From an uncultured Armatimonadetes bacterium (GTDB taxonomy: Bacteria > Armatimonadota > Hebobacteria > Hebobacterales > Hebobacteraceae), in NCBI GenBank assembly GCA_963716175.1, contig OY970296.1, positions 4,064,001 to 4,128,000 of the forward strand: a stretch of 64,000 nucleotides of DNA, read 5' to 3'. The notes below the pieces were generated by a model. That model saw only the letters and a list, made by a program, of their open reading frames with translations. It made no database searches and was not told where the DNA came from. The translations under genes were made by a program, and so were the position numbers. Below, piece after piece: positions 1-9,918 of this stretch (positions within the stretch are counted from its first letter, which is position 1; every line of letters begins with the position of its first letter).

Positions 1-743
1 CGGCCCTGATAGATGCAGCAGTGCCGCGGATCGCGCCCCTGGTGGGAACCCGGGACCTGCGTCCGATCCCGACCTTCGTCTACCTGGACCGGGCGGAGTT
101 TGAGGCGGCGGCGCCGATGGCGGCTCACTCCCCGGTCGTAGGAGTGGCCAGCTACCCGCCCGGGGTGATACACATTGACGGCAGCGGGCGGCTGGCCTCC
201 ATCGAGAAAGTCGTCCCCCATGAAGTAGCGCACGTCATGGTGGGGCGGGCGATGGGTCCCGCCCTGTCCGCCCTTCCCACCTGGGTGAACGAGGGCGTGG
301 CCGAGTATGCCGCAGGCGAGCGCGCTTCTCAGGTTGATCCCGTCACCCTCCAGGCCGTGGGCCGGGGAGAATCACTCCCGCTGTCGGAGCTTGACCGCAG
401 CTTCGAACGTGGTGGGGCGGGCCGATCGCTCGCCTATGCAGAAGCGGCCTCGGTGGTGAACTTCCTGGTGGCGGCGCGCGGGCCGCGGGCGATCGCGGAA
501 CTGCTGTCCGCCACCCGCAGGCAGGGGGATTTCGAGTCTGCGGTGAAGCAGGTGACCGGCTGGAGCAGCCAGGAGCTCGAATCCGCCTGGCGTCGGTCTG
601 TGGCTCGGCGGTGGCGCTGGCCTCTGCTGCTGGGATCACCCGCGGTGCCCTTTGGCCTGATGTTGCTCATCTTCATCGTGGGCTATCTGCGTTACCGTCG
701 AGAGCGGCGGCGCAGGCAGGAGATGGAGGAGAGAGACTGGTAG
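1..743 (+). CDS. Peptidase MA-like zinc metalloprotease with C-terminal membrane anchor (5' end outside window)
   Basis: HExxH motif (PHEVAH) plus downstream NEGVAEY; C-terminal hydrophobic helix and Arg tail; frame open to window edge. Confidence 0.8.
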   Translation, partial: ALIDAAVPRIAPLVGTRDLRPIPTFVYLDRAEFEAAAPMAAHSPVVGVASYPPGVIHIDGSGRLASIEKVVPHEVAHVMVGRAMGPALSALPTWVNEGVAEYAAGERASQVDPVTLQAVGRGESLPLSELDRSFERGGAGRSLAYAEAASVVNFLVAARGPRAIAELLSATRRQGDFESAVKQVTGWSSQELESAWRRSVARRWRWPLLLGSPAVPFGLMLLIFIVGYLRYRRERRRRQEMEERDW

Positions 744-776
744 AGGAGGCGCAGCAACTGGACTATCTGGAGGCGA

Positions 777-1709
777 GTGAAGGTGAGCGCGGGAAGCGAC
801 ATCACGCCGGCGCAGGCCGCGCCGCTCCGCTGGTCGGCGCGCAGGCCGGCCAGAGCGGCGCTGATTTACGTCATCGCCTACCTCCTGCTGTCGGCGGGAG
901 GCGGCGAGCTTTCGAAGCTCAGCCTGCGCACCATTCCCCTGGCGGCGGGCACGCTGCTGGTGGCGACGGGCATTCTGGTGTTGTCACTGCTGCTGCTGCT
1001 CAGCCTCTGCCGCCTGGAGATGCGCCCTGGCTTGGAGGCGGCCTGGGTCATCGGGATGATGGTGGTCTTCGCGCTCGCCCGGCCCGAGGTGTTCGCCATC
1101 ACCGGGCGCTGGCTGGGGCAGCCGGCAAGGGGAAGGCAGATCACCGAGCTGCTCCTGGTCAGCCCGAAGCAGCAGCTCTTCGGCAACATCGCGCTCATTG
1201 TGTGGGCGGCGTTTCTGGGGCGACTGGTGTCCCGGGTGATCCGAGAGGGGAAGCTGCTGCTGCCGGTGGCCGTGGTGGCCTCCATCGCCGACATCATCAC
1301 CGTGTTCTGGGGAGTGGTGGCCCATCTCACCAGCAAGGCGCCGGAGCTGGTGGAGGCTCTCAGCGCCCAGGCCCCGGTGGCAGCGCCGGCGGCGCTGCCG
1401 CTGCCCATCCTGACCTCGGTCGGAATCGGTGATTTCCTGTTTCTGGCGATATTCCTGGCGGTCGCCCTGCGCCATCAGATGAACGCGGTGAAAGCGATGT
1501 GGGCCACCCTGGTGCTGGTGCTGATCGCGCCGGTGACCTTTCTCATCTGGCCTCGGGCGCCGGGCATGCCCGGCCTCCCGTTCATCTCCATCGGGGTGTT
1601 GAGCGCGAACTGGCGCCATTTGAGGTTCACCCGCGAGGAGAAACGCGCGCTGCTCTTCGCGAGCGTGCTGGTCGCGGTGGTAATAGCGTGGTTGGTGCTG
1701 CGGCATTGA
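777..1709 (+). CDS. Polytopic membrane protein, GxGD (presenilin/signal peptide peptidase-like) aspartyl protease candidate
   Basis: Many TM segments; IADIITVF, GIGDFLF and PGLP (PAL-like) motifs in the expected order. Confidence 0.6.
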   Translation: MKVSAGSDITPAQAAPLRWSARRPARAALIYVIAYLLLSAGGGELSKLSLRTIPLAAGTLLVATGILVLSLLLLLSLCRLEMRPGLEAAWVIGMMVVFALARPEVFAITGRWLGQPARGRQITELLLVSPKQQLFGNIALIVWAAFLGRLVSRVIREGKLLLPVAVVASIADIITVFWGVVAHLTSKAPELVEALSAQAPVAAPAALPLPILTSVGIGDFLFLAIFLAVALRHQMNAVKAMWATLVLVLIAPVTFLIWPRAPGMPGLPFISIGVLSANWRHLRFTREEKRALLFASVLVAVVIAWLVLRH

Positions 1710-1756
1710 CGGCCGGCTGACGCGCCCGCTCGCCTCCAGCGAGGAGACGGAGAAAC

Positions 1757-4374
1757 GTGGACGAGCACTATCACCCTGAAGGGATCGAACCGAAATGGCA
1801 GCAGTGCTGGGCGGAACAGCAGCTCTACCGCACTCGTGAGGACCCCTCGCGGCCCAAGTTCTACTGCCTGGAGATGTTCCCCTACCCCAGCGGCGATGTC
1901 CACGTGGGGCACGTGCGCAACTATAGCATCGGCGATGCGGTGGCCCGCTATCATCGGATGCGCGGCTATAACGTGCTCTACCCCATGGGCTTTGACGCGT
2001 TTGGCCAGCCGGCGGAGCAGGCGGCCGTGCAGCGCAACGCTCATCCCGCGAAATGGACCTATGAATGCATTGACCGCATGCGCCGCCAGTTCCGGCAGCT
2101 CGGCAACAGCTACGACTGGGACCGAGAGGTAGTAACCTGCGACCCCGCCTACTACCGCTGGAACCAGTGGTTCTTCCTCAAGTTCCTGGAGCGCGGCCTG
2201 GCCTATCGCGCCGAAGCCCCGGTGAACTGGTGCCCCACCTGCCAGTTCGTGCTCTCCGACGAGGAGGCGCGCGGCGGCAAGTGTTGGCGTTGCGGCGGCC
2301 CGGTGGGCAAGGAGCTGCGCGAGCAGTGGTTCTTCCGGATCACCTCCTATGCCGACCGGCTGCTCGATGACCTCCAGAAGCTGACGGAGTGGCCCGAGCG
2401 AGTGCGGGTGATGCAGGCGAACTGGATCGGGCGCAGCGAGGGAGTGGAGTTCGAGTTCGCGGTGGCCGGTCGGGAGGACACGATCCGCGTCTTCACCACT
2501 CGCATAGACACGGTTTTCGGGGTCACCTATGTCGTGCTCGCCCCCGAGCATCCCCTGGTGGATCACATCGTCGCCGCGAGACAGCGCGCGGCGGTGGCCG
2601 CCTATCGCGAACGGGTTGCCTCGCGCACCAATGTTGAGCGCATCTCCGAGGCGACCCGCGATGGCGTTCCTCTCGGCGTGGAGGCCGTCAACCCCGCGAA
2701 CGGCGAGCGCATCCCGGTGTGGACCGCCGACTACGTGCTGCTGGAGTACGGCACCGGCGCCATCATGGCCGTCCCCGCCCACGATCAGCGGGACCTGGAG
2801 TTCGCCCGCGCCAACGGGCTTCCCGTGCGCGTGGTGATCCAGCCCCCGGACCACCAACTCGATCCGGCCAGCATGCCGGCCGCCTACATCGAGCCGGGGG
2901 TGCAAGCGAACTCCGGCCGGTTCGACGGCCTGCCTAGCGAAGAGGCCAAGATCAAGATCGCGGAGTGGTTCGAGAGCCGCGGTGTCGGCGGGCGGAAAGT
3001 CAATTACCGGCTGCGCGACTGGTTGGTCTCCCGCCAACGCTACTGGGGCACGCCCATCCCCATCATTTACTGCGATACTCACGGCGCCGTCCCGGTCCCC
3101 GAGTCCGATCTGCCGGTCGTGTTGCCGACCGATCTGCCCTTCAAGTCCACCGGCTCGGTTCTCCCTGAAGCCGATTCTTTCGTGCGCACCACTTGCCCCA
3201 AATGTGGCGGCCCGGCGCGCCGCGAGACCGACACCATGGCCCAGTGGATCGAGTCCTGCTGGTATTTCCTGCGCTACGCGGACCCCCACAACGATCAGGC
3301 TCCCTTCCGGCGCGAGGTGGCGGACGCGTGGATGCCGGTGGACAATTACTTCGGCGGCATCGAGCACGCGGTGCTGCATCTGTTCTACTCGCGCTTCTTC
3401 ACCAAGGTGCTGCGTGACCTTGGGATGATCAACGTCGGAGAGCCTTTCCGGCGCTACTTCGCTCATGGCATGGTCCTCCTGGACGGAGCCGTGATGAGCA
3501 AGTCGCGGGGGGAGTGGGCCCGGATGAGATGATTGCCCGCTATGGCGCGGACGCGCTGCGCACCTACGTGCTCTTCATGGGGCCACCGGAGGCGGAGGCG
3601 GACTGGAACGCGGGCGGCATCGAAGGCATCTCCCGCTTCCTCAACCGGGCCTGGCGCGCGGTGGTGGGCCGCCTCGAGCGCTTCGAGCCTGACTGGAAGC
3701 AGTGCTTCTGTAGGGCTGGCATGTCGGACGCCCGTGGACAACGGGCGAACGCATGCCAGCCGCCCGCCCCGCAACCACCTGCGGCGGGCATGCCTCGGGC
3801 GTCTCCGACGCCTTCGGACATGCCCGCCCTACAGCTAGGCCCCGCCGCCATCGCCCTCCGTCGCAAGACCCACCAGACCATCCAGCGGGTGAGCGCCGAC
3901 ATCGAGCGCTTCCATTTCAACACCGCCATCAGCGCCATGATGGAACTGGTCAACGCCATGACCGAGCTGGGAGCGGAGGCCGAACAGCCCGATGTGCGAT
4001 CCGCCTACTCCGAGGCCTGCGAGCAGCTCACGCTGCTGCTGGCGCCTTTCGCACCCCACCTGGCAGAGGAGCTGTGGCAGCGCCTGGGCCATGCCCAGAG
4101 CGTGCACCTGGCGACCTGGCCGACGTGGGACGAGGAGGCGGCGGCGGAGAAGCAGATCACGGTGGTGGTGCAAGTGAACGGCCGGCTGCGGGAGCGCCTC
4201 ACGGTTTCCCCCGGCACGCCGGAGGAGACGCTCCGGGCCCAGGCGTTGGCGTCGCCGCGGGTCCAGCCCTATCTTCAGGGCAAGTCGGTGCTCCAGGTGG
4301 TGGTGGTCCCTGATAAGCTGGTCAACATCGTAGCCACTGCGGCGACACCGAAGGATCGCCGCACCATCACGTGA
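1757..4374 (+). CDS. leuS: Leucine--tRNA ligase (one frameshift in G-run at ~3507-3512; in-frame repeat insertion 3708-3834)
   Basis: MFPYPSG/HVGH (HIGH), GTGAIMAVPAHDQRD, SRQRYWG, MSKS; C-terminal half (YGADALR, FNTAIS, VQVNGR) in ORF 3514..4374. Confidence 0.97.
3708..3834. repeat. Inverted doublet of GTAG-type REP-like hairpins inside leuS
   Basis: CTGTAGGGCTGGCATGTC ... GACATGCCCGCCCTACAG (17/18 inverted match); same family intergenic at 29461, 32462, 37264, 44887. Confidence 0.9.
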
Positions 4375-4377
4375 GCG

Positions 4378-4881
4378 ATGGTCATGTTCTACCTCTCTCG
4401 CTCGGAACAGGTAGCGCTGTTTGCTCTGCTTGCCCTCCTGCTGGCCGGCGCCGGCCTGTTGGTCTATGAGCGAGGGGCGCGGGCCGGGCGGAGCGGAAGC
4501 GAGGGGCCGCTGTTCGTTGAGGCCGCCGGGCCGCGCCAGCTCGACAGCGGCGGCTCGGCGGGGCCGGCAAGCTCGCGCACGGGCCCTGAGCCTACCGCTC
4601 GGCCACTCGCGCGAGGAGCCGAACGCATATCGGACGAGAGCGGGGGCCGCGGAAAGCCGAGCAGACCCGGCCCGAGGCGCATCTCCCTGAACTCCGCCAG
4701 CGCAGATGAGCTCGAGTCGCTTCCCGGCATCGGGCCGGTTCTTGCCGGACGCATCATCGCCTATCGGGATCGCAGGAAGAAGGACACTGGACAGGGGTTC
4801 GCGAGCGTGGACGAGCTGCTGAACGTGTCAGGCATCGGGCCCAAACGCTTGGCGGCCCTGCGGGACTCCGTGGTGCCATGA
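4378..4881 (+). CDS. comEA: ComEA-family helix-hairpin-helix DNA-binding protein
   Basis: N-terminal TM; ISLNSASADELESLPGIGP...VSGIGPK HhH motifs; follows leuS as is common. Confidence 0.85.
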   Translation: MVMFYLSRSEQVALFALLALLLAGAGLLVYERGARAGRSGSEGPLFVEAAGPRQLDSGGSAGPASSRTGPEPTARPLARGAERISDESGGRGKPSRPGPRRISLNSASADELESLPGIGPVLAGRIIAYRDRRKKDTGQGFASVDELLNVSGIGPKRLAALRDSVVP

Positions 4882-5073
4882 GCTGAGGAGGGGATTCTGT
4901 TCCGGCGTGCGCTGATTTGGAGTGAGAACTCGCGGGCGCTGGAAGGCGCGAGTGGCCAGTCCCTTGGGCCAATATCGTGACGTTCACCTGCACGGGAATC
5001 CGCCCCGCGGCTCGCCAATGCGGTATTATAGCTAGGGGCGTTGCGACTGTCAGTTACTGAGAGGGCCCCACGA

Positions 5074-7671
5074 ATGGGTCTAGACGGCGCGTCCGGCGGG
5101 GTGAGGGCCCCCACCGCGGTACTGCTATCGGCGAGCGCACAGGTTCAGAGAGCCAAGAGCGCGGCCGCCGTGGCGCGAGCGGTGGTGGAGGCTGCAGCCG
5201 AGATCTGTGGGGCGCGGGGCGCGATCTGGTGGCATGCCTCCGATCGAGGCTTCAGCGCGAAGTTTTACCATGGTGCCGGGCTGGTGCCGGGGGCCTGCAG
5301 CATCGGCGGCGGCCTGCTCAAGTTGCGCAGCAGCAGCCCCTTCCTCAAGCTCTCTCGCCAGCGACCGGACCATGTCCAGTTTCTGGACCAGGTGGGCGCG
5401 GAGCAGGCGGTGGCGATCCCCGCCCAGGATGGGCGCCGGCGCCTGGGCCTGCTCACAGTGCACGACGGCAACTTCGAACAGACTCGGCTGGACCTCCTCG
5501 TAGTTCTCGTTCAGCAGGCCGCCATAGCACTGCGCTCTCTGGCGCTGGCGGAGGAGCGGCGGAAGACAGCAGAGCACGAGGCCCCGTCGCTGAGCTCATT
5601 GGGCCCCGCGCTCACTTCGGCGCTGAGTCTGGATGAGCTGCTGAGCATGGTGTGCCAGGCGGCGGCGCGTGCGATGGCCGCGCAGGCCTGCCTGCTGTTC
5701 CTGGGAGGAGATGAGGCCCAGCTTCGCCTGCGGGCCCAGACGCCGGCCACCCTCGCGGACGCGGGCCTCTCGGCCGGGCTGCTCCAGCTAGCCGAGCTCA
5801 CTCGCTCTCATCACGATGGCGAGATGGTGTGGCGCCGGGGAGGCCAGATACCCGAGGGCGTGTCGAAAGCGCTGGAAGCGGGCCGGTTTCAGAGCGCGCT
5901 AGGGGTGGCGCTCTCGATGCGAGGTGAGGCGATCGGAGCGCTGCTGCTGCTGGCAGAGGAGCAGCACGCGTTCCCGGCGCACCAGCGGCGGACGATGCTG
6001 TCCTTCGCCGCCCAGGCGGCAGTGGCGATCGAGAACCTGCAGCTCTTCGAGAGCATCCAGCACCGGCTGCTCGAGATGGCCGACCTCACCTGGGTGAGCA
6101 CCCGTGTCGCCTCCACTCACGATGCTACCAAGATCGCAGCCACCGTGGCGGAGGCGGCCTCCCGGGCTTTGGACGTGGGCCGGGTCGCAATCCTTGTGGC
6201 GGGGCCGGACGGGCGGTTTCACCCCATCCCCGAGGGACAGCACGGGGTGCCGCCAGATGGGGATGAGCTGCTGGCGGCGGAGGGCCACCTCGGCGCAGAG
6301 GCGCTTCGGTCGGGTTCACCCCAGGCGGTGGTGGACGCGGAGCAGGAGGGGCGGTCGGACGACGCGCTGGTGCAGTGGCTTCACGCCCGCTCTCTGCTCT
6401 GCGTGCCCATGACAGCTGAGCAGGGGCTGCGAGGGATCTTCGTGGTGGGCGACGAACGCCCCCGCACCTTCCGCTCCCATGCCGTGGCCCTGGTCTCCAA
6501 CTATGCCAATCAGGCCGCGCTGGCGCTGCAGAGTGCCATGCTCTACCAGGACGTCGTCCGCCACCTGAACCAGCTCTCGAAGCTGTTCGACGTTTCCCGC
6601 ACCCTCGCCTCCTCGCTGGAGCTAAGCGCGACCCTGGATGCAGTGCTGACCTCTGCCTCGGAGCTGCTGGAGGCTCCGGTCTGCTCGGTGATGCTGATGG
6701 ACCCCGAGCGCGGGGACCTGGTGATCAAGGCTGCCCGGGGATTCGGGCCGGACGACATCCTGTACGAGCCGGTCAAGCCGGGACAGGGCCTGGCCGGGCG
6801 CGCCGCCCAAAGCGGCCTGGCGCTGACTAGCAGCGACATCACTCGGGACGGCCGCTTCACCTTCCGGGAGCGGGCGCGGGAGGAGGGCCTGCACACTGCC
6901 ATCGCCGCTCCTCTGGTCGCCCGCGGGCACACCCTGGGTGTGCTCAACCTCTATCGGAAGGAGACTCAGGAGTTCACAGAGGACGACAAACGCCTGCTGA
7001 CGTCGCTGGCCAACAGCGCGGCGGTGGCGATCGAGAACGCCCATCTCTACCAGGAAGCCCAGGAACGGGCGCAGTTCCTGAGCGCCATGATGAGCGAGAT
7101 CAACCATCGCATTCGCAACACGCTGCAGGCGATCGCCGGCCTGCTGCGGATGGAGTTGGTGCGCCCGCACGTCTCGGCCGAAGCGGCGATCAAGCGGGGG
7201 ATCGCCCGCATCCAGAGCGCGGCCGTGGTGCACGAGCTGATGAGCGCGCGGGACATCCGGTTCGTGGACATGAAGCAGGTGGCGCGGCGCATCTTCCAGC
7301 TCACCTGCCAGTCCATTACCTGCGACCATCCCCTGACCGTGAACGTGACCGGCGCGCGCGTCATGCTCCCCTCGCAAAACGCCACCAGTGCAGCTCTGGT
7401 GATGGCCGAGCTGATTGACAACGCCATCCGCCATGGGCTGGCCGGGACCACCAACGGCCGCGTTGCCATCAGCCTGGCCGAGGGTGGTGGAGAAGTGGTG
7501 ATCCAGGTCCAGGACAACGGCGTGGGCTTGCCCGAGGGCTTCGATCTGGAGGCCACCTCCGGGATGGGGTTGAAGATCGTGCGGGGCCTGGTGGAGGATG
7601 AGCTGGGTGGCAAGGTGGAGGTGGAGACGCGAGACGGGCTGCTGGTGCGCGCTCGCTTTCCCAAAGTTTAG
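5074..7671 (+). CDS. Multi-GAF sensor histidine kinase (HisKA_2/PdtaS-like)
   Basis: Repeated GAF ends (QAAVAIEN), EINHRIRNTLQ H-box, ELIDNAIRHG, DNGVG, GMGL; start could be 5041. Confidence 0.9.
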   Translation: MGLDGASGGVRAPTAVLLSASAQVQRAKSAAAVARAVVEAAAEICGARGAIWWHASDRGFSAKFYHGAGLVPGACSIGGGLLKLRSSSPFLKLSRQRPDHVQFLDQVGAEQAVAIPAQDGRRRLGLLTVHDGNFEQTRLDLLVVLVQQAAIALRSLALAEERRKTAEHEAPSLSSLGPALTSALSLDELLSMVCQAAARAMAAQACLLFLGGDEAQLRLRAQTPATLADAGLSAGLLQLAELTRSHHDGEMVWRRGGQIPEGVSKALEAGRFQSALGVALSMRGEAIGALLLLAEEQHAFPAHQRRTMLSFAAQAAVAIENLQLFESIQHRLLEMADLTWVSTRVASTHDATKIAATVAEAASRALDVGRVAILVAGPDGRFHPIPEGQHGVPPDGDELLAAEGHLGAEALRSGSPQAVVDAEQEGRSDDALVQWLHARSLLCVPMTAEQGLRGIFVVGDERPRTFRSHAVALVSNYANQAALALQSAMLYQDVVRHLNQLSKLFDVSRTLASSLELSATLDAVLTSASELLEAPVCSVMLMDPERGDLVIKAARGFGPDDILYEPVKPGQGLAGRAAQSGLALTSSDITRDGRFTFRERAREEGLHTAIAAPLVARGHTLGVLNLYRKETQEFTEDDKRLLTSLANSAAVAIENAHLYQEAQERAQFLSAMMSEINHRIRNTLQAIAGLLRMELVRPHVSAEAAIKRGIARIQSAAVVHELMSARDIRFVDMKQVARRIFQLTCQSITCDHPLTVNVTGARVMLPSQNATSAALVMAELIDNAIRHGLAGTTNGRVAISLAEGGGEVVIQVQDNGVGLPEGFDLEATSGMGLKIVRGLVEDELGGKVEVETRDGLLVRARFPKV

Positions 7672-7783
7672 GCGATAAATTGCCCAAGGAGCGGAGCCGG
7701 CTTGGAGGACGCGCTGATGCGGGGGAGAAAGCAGGGGCAACGGCAGTTGGTCTAGGCGTAACTACACGCTCAAGGGAGGTCGT

Positions 7784-8047
7784 GTGATGATCAGGATGGC
7801 GTGGTGTCTGTTGCTTCTGCTGCTCGCTGGCATGGTGATCGTCCTGGCGCCCCAGCCGGCGGCGGCGCAGGAGGGAGCGGCTGGAGGTGGGGAATATACC
7901 AATGTGTCTGGCCTGACGCCGTACGCCACAGAGGCCGACTATATGTCTCTGCCAGGCTACCTGCGGTGGCAGACCTATCTGGAGCAGAAGGTATGGATTT
8001 CAGTGCCGGAGGCGAAGCGCATCGTGGCGGAGCAGCTAGGCCAGTAG
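7784..8047 (+). CDS. Small secreted hypothetical protein
   Basis: RBS GGGAGG, signal peptide ending AAA, stop overlaps next start. Confidence 0.75.
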   Translation: MMIRMAWCLLLLLLAGMVIVLAPQPAAAQEGAAGGGEYTNVSGLTPYATEADYMSLPGYLRWQTYLEQKVWISVPEAKRIVAEQLGQ

Positions 8048-9915
8048 TGAGCAGGGCGGCAGGAAGATGGCTGACGAAGCCGGGCCCTCGGGCCCGGCTT
8101 CGTGCTATCTGGCAAGCCCTTTTCTGGGGAGCGGCCTTGCTGGCGGTGACGGCAGAGGCGGACGCGGCGGGGCCCTTTGTGGGAGCCAACATAGACCTGG
8201 CGCGTCTCCCCGCGAAGGACCGGGTGGCCGAGGTGACCCGGCTGGTGCAAAGCGGGGCCTCCGGGGTCCGGCTAGTGCTGGACTGGAACCGCGTGGAGCC
8301 CCGCCCTGGGCGCTTCACCTGGAAGGCTGACGATGCCGCCGTGCATGCGGCGCGCGCTCAAAAGCTGGAGGTGGTGCTGGTGCTGGAGCCCTGCGCCGCC
8401 TGGGCGGTGAACCCCGCCTGGCAAGTGCCTCCCAGCGAGCGCGCTCACTCTCTACCCAGGTCTCTGGCCCTCTGGCAGCGCTACGTCAAGGAAGCGGCGA
8501 AGCATTTCCGGGGCCGGGTGCGCTACTGGCAGGTGCGGGAGCAGCCGAATGTCCGCAACTTCCGCGGCGCCCGCTCGGAGTTCCTCAAGCTGGTGGTCTC
8601 GGCCTCGCGGGTGCTGCGCGCCGCCGATCCCAAAGCGGTGTTGGTGGTGCCGGAGGCTGGCGTGTTCGATATCGGCGAGGTGGACTGGACCTGCAGCTCC
8701 AAGTTCGGCTCCTCCTGCGACGTCTTCGGCCTCTATCTGCCGGGCGGGGCCGGGGACCAATCCCAGACTGCTCTGGCCTGGGCCGTGCTCGCCCAGGAGA
8801 TCCCCTACCTCTGGGCTGGTGACAGCCGGTCCTGGGTGCTGGGCGCGGACGGGACCATGGCGGCCAATCTCTGGATCGAGCACTACCTGCTGGCCTGGGC
8901 GGCCCGGGCCGGCCGCTTCTACCTTCCGGCCGAGGTCATCAACCGCTCCTGGCTGGCTCCCCTGGGCAACCTTCGCTATTGCGGCTTCCTGCGGCTCGGG
9001 CCCGACGTATGGGCCCTGGTCTTCGAGGACAAGACCGGGCCCGTGGTGGCGGCCTGGGCGAGGAGCCAGATGGAGTTGCCGGCCCCCGATCTCGGCCCCC
9101 TCCTCGACCCCAAGCTGGTAGCGCAGTCGGGCCAGCTCGGGGGCGCGCCTGGCTCCGCGGTCACGGGCGAGGGGGAGGCGTTGCGGCTCCTGATCGGGAC
9201 CTACCCGATCCTGGTCCGGGGGCTGGACGTGACCAAGCTCATGCACCCGGGCTCGCCCACGCGGGCGGATGTGCTGGCGGCCCGGCCCGGCCCCGACCCC
9301 AGCAGCAGCCAAGTGGTGTGTGTTGACTACGGCGACGAGGGATGCCCGGAGTCTGGCCTGTACAACAGATCGCTGCGCGGGCGCATCGGTGGGCGCGTCG
9401 AGGAGGAAATGCACAACGGCCGGCGCTGCCTGCGCACCAGCATCGGGGCCTCAGACTCCCAGCCCGGTGACGCCGTATCGGACAATCCTTGGATCTACTT
9501 CGACGTGGACGACCGCTGGCTCTACTTCGCCCGGGGCAAGACCTCGGTGGCGATCACGGTGGAGTGCGAGGGCTCCTACCTGGGAGAGCAGAAGCTCGGT
9601 TTCAATATCCTGTATGACTCCACCACAGGTTACCGTTTCAGTCCCTGGCAGTGGGTGGAGGCGGGGCCCGGCTGGCACAGCTATCGGTTACGGCTGGATG
9701 ACGTGAGCTTCGCCAATCGCAGCGGCTACGATTTCCGCATCAACGTCAAGGGCAGCAAGCAGGATCTGTGGGTAGCCGCCGTCAGGGTGGAGAAGCTCGC
9801 CCGCCATAGCCTTGGCGAAGGCGGGCTGCCTTCGTCCCCCGAGGCCGGGGGCGGGGCCTCCGTACCTTCGCAGCCTTCCTCAGGCGCGCCCGCCAAAGCG
9901 CCAGCGGGCGGATAG
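8047..9915 (+). CDS. Secreted GH-A clan glycoside hydrolase-like protein with C-terminal beta-sandwich domain (catalytic residues appear degenerate)
   Basis: Signal peptide; RLVLDWNRVEPRPGRFTW, GRVRYWQVREQPN, LRAADPKAVLV. Confidence 0.7.
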   Translation: MSRAAGRWLTKPGPRARLRAIWQALFWGAALLAVTAEADAAGPFVGANIDLARLPAKDRVAEVTRLVQSGASGVRLVLDWNRVEPRPGRFTWKADDAAVHAARAQKLEVVLVLEPCAAWAVNPAWQVPPSERAHSLPRSLALWQRYVKEAAKHFRGRVRYWQVREQPNVRNFRGARSEFLKLVVSASRVLRAADPKAVLVVPEAGVFDIGEVDWTCSSKFGSSCDVFGLYLPGGAGDQSQTALAWAVLAQEIPYLWAGDSRSWVLGADGTMAANLWIEHYLLAWAARAGRFYLPAEVINRSWLAPLGNLRYCGFLRLGPDVWALVFEDKTGPVVAAWARSQMELPAPDLGPLLDPKLVAQSGQLGGAPGSAVTGEGEALRLLIGTYPILVRGLDVTKLMHPGSPTRADVLAARPGPDPSSSQVVCVDYGDEGCPESGLYNRSLRGRIGGRVEEEMHNGRRCLRTSIGASDSQPGDAVSDNPWIYFDVDDRWLYFARGKTSVAITVECEGSYLGEQKLGFNILYDSTTGYRFSPWQWVEAGPGWHSYRLRLDDVSFANRSGYDFRINVKGSKQDLWVAAVRVEKLARHSLGEGGLPSSPEAGGGASVPSQPSSGAPAKAPAGG

Positions 9916-9918
9916 CGG

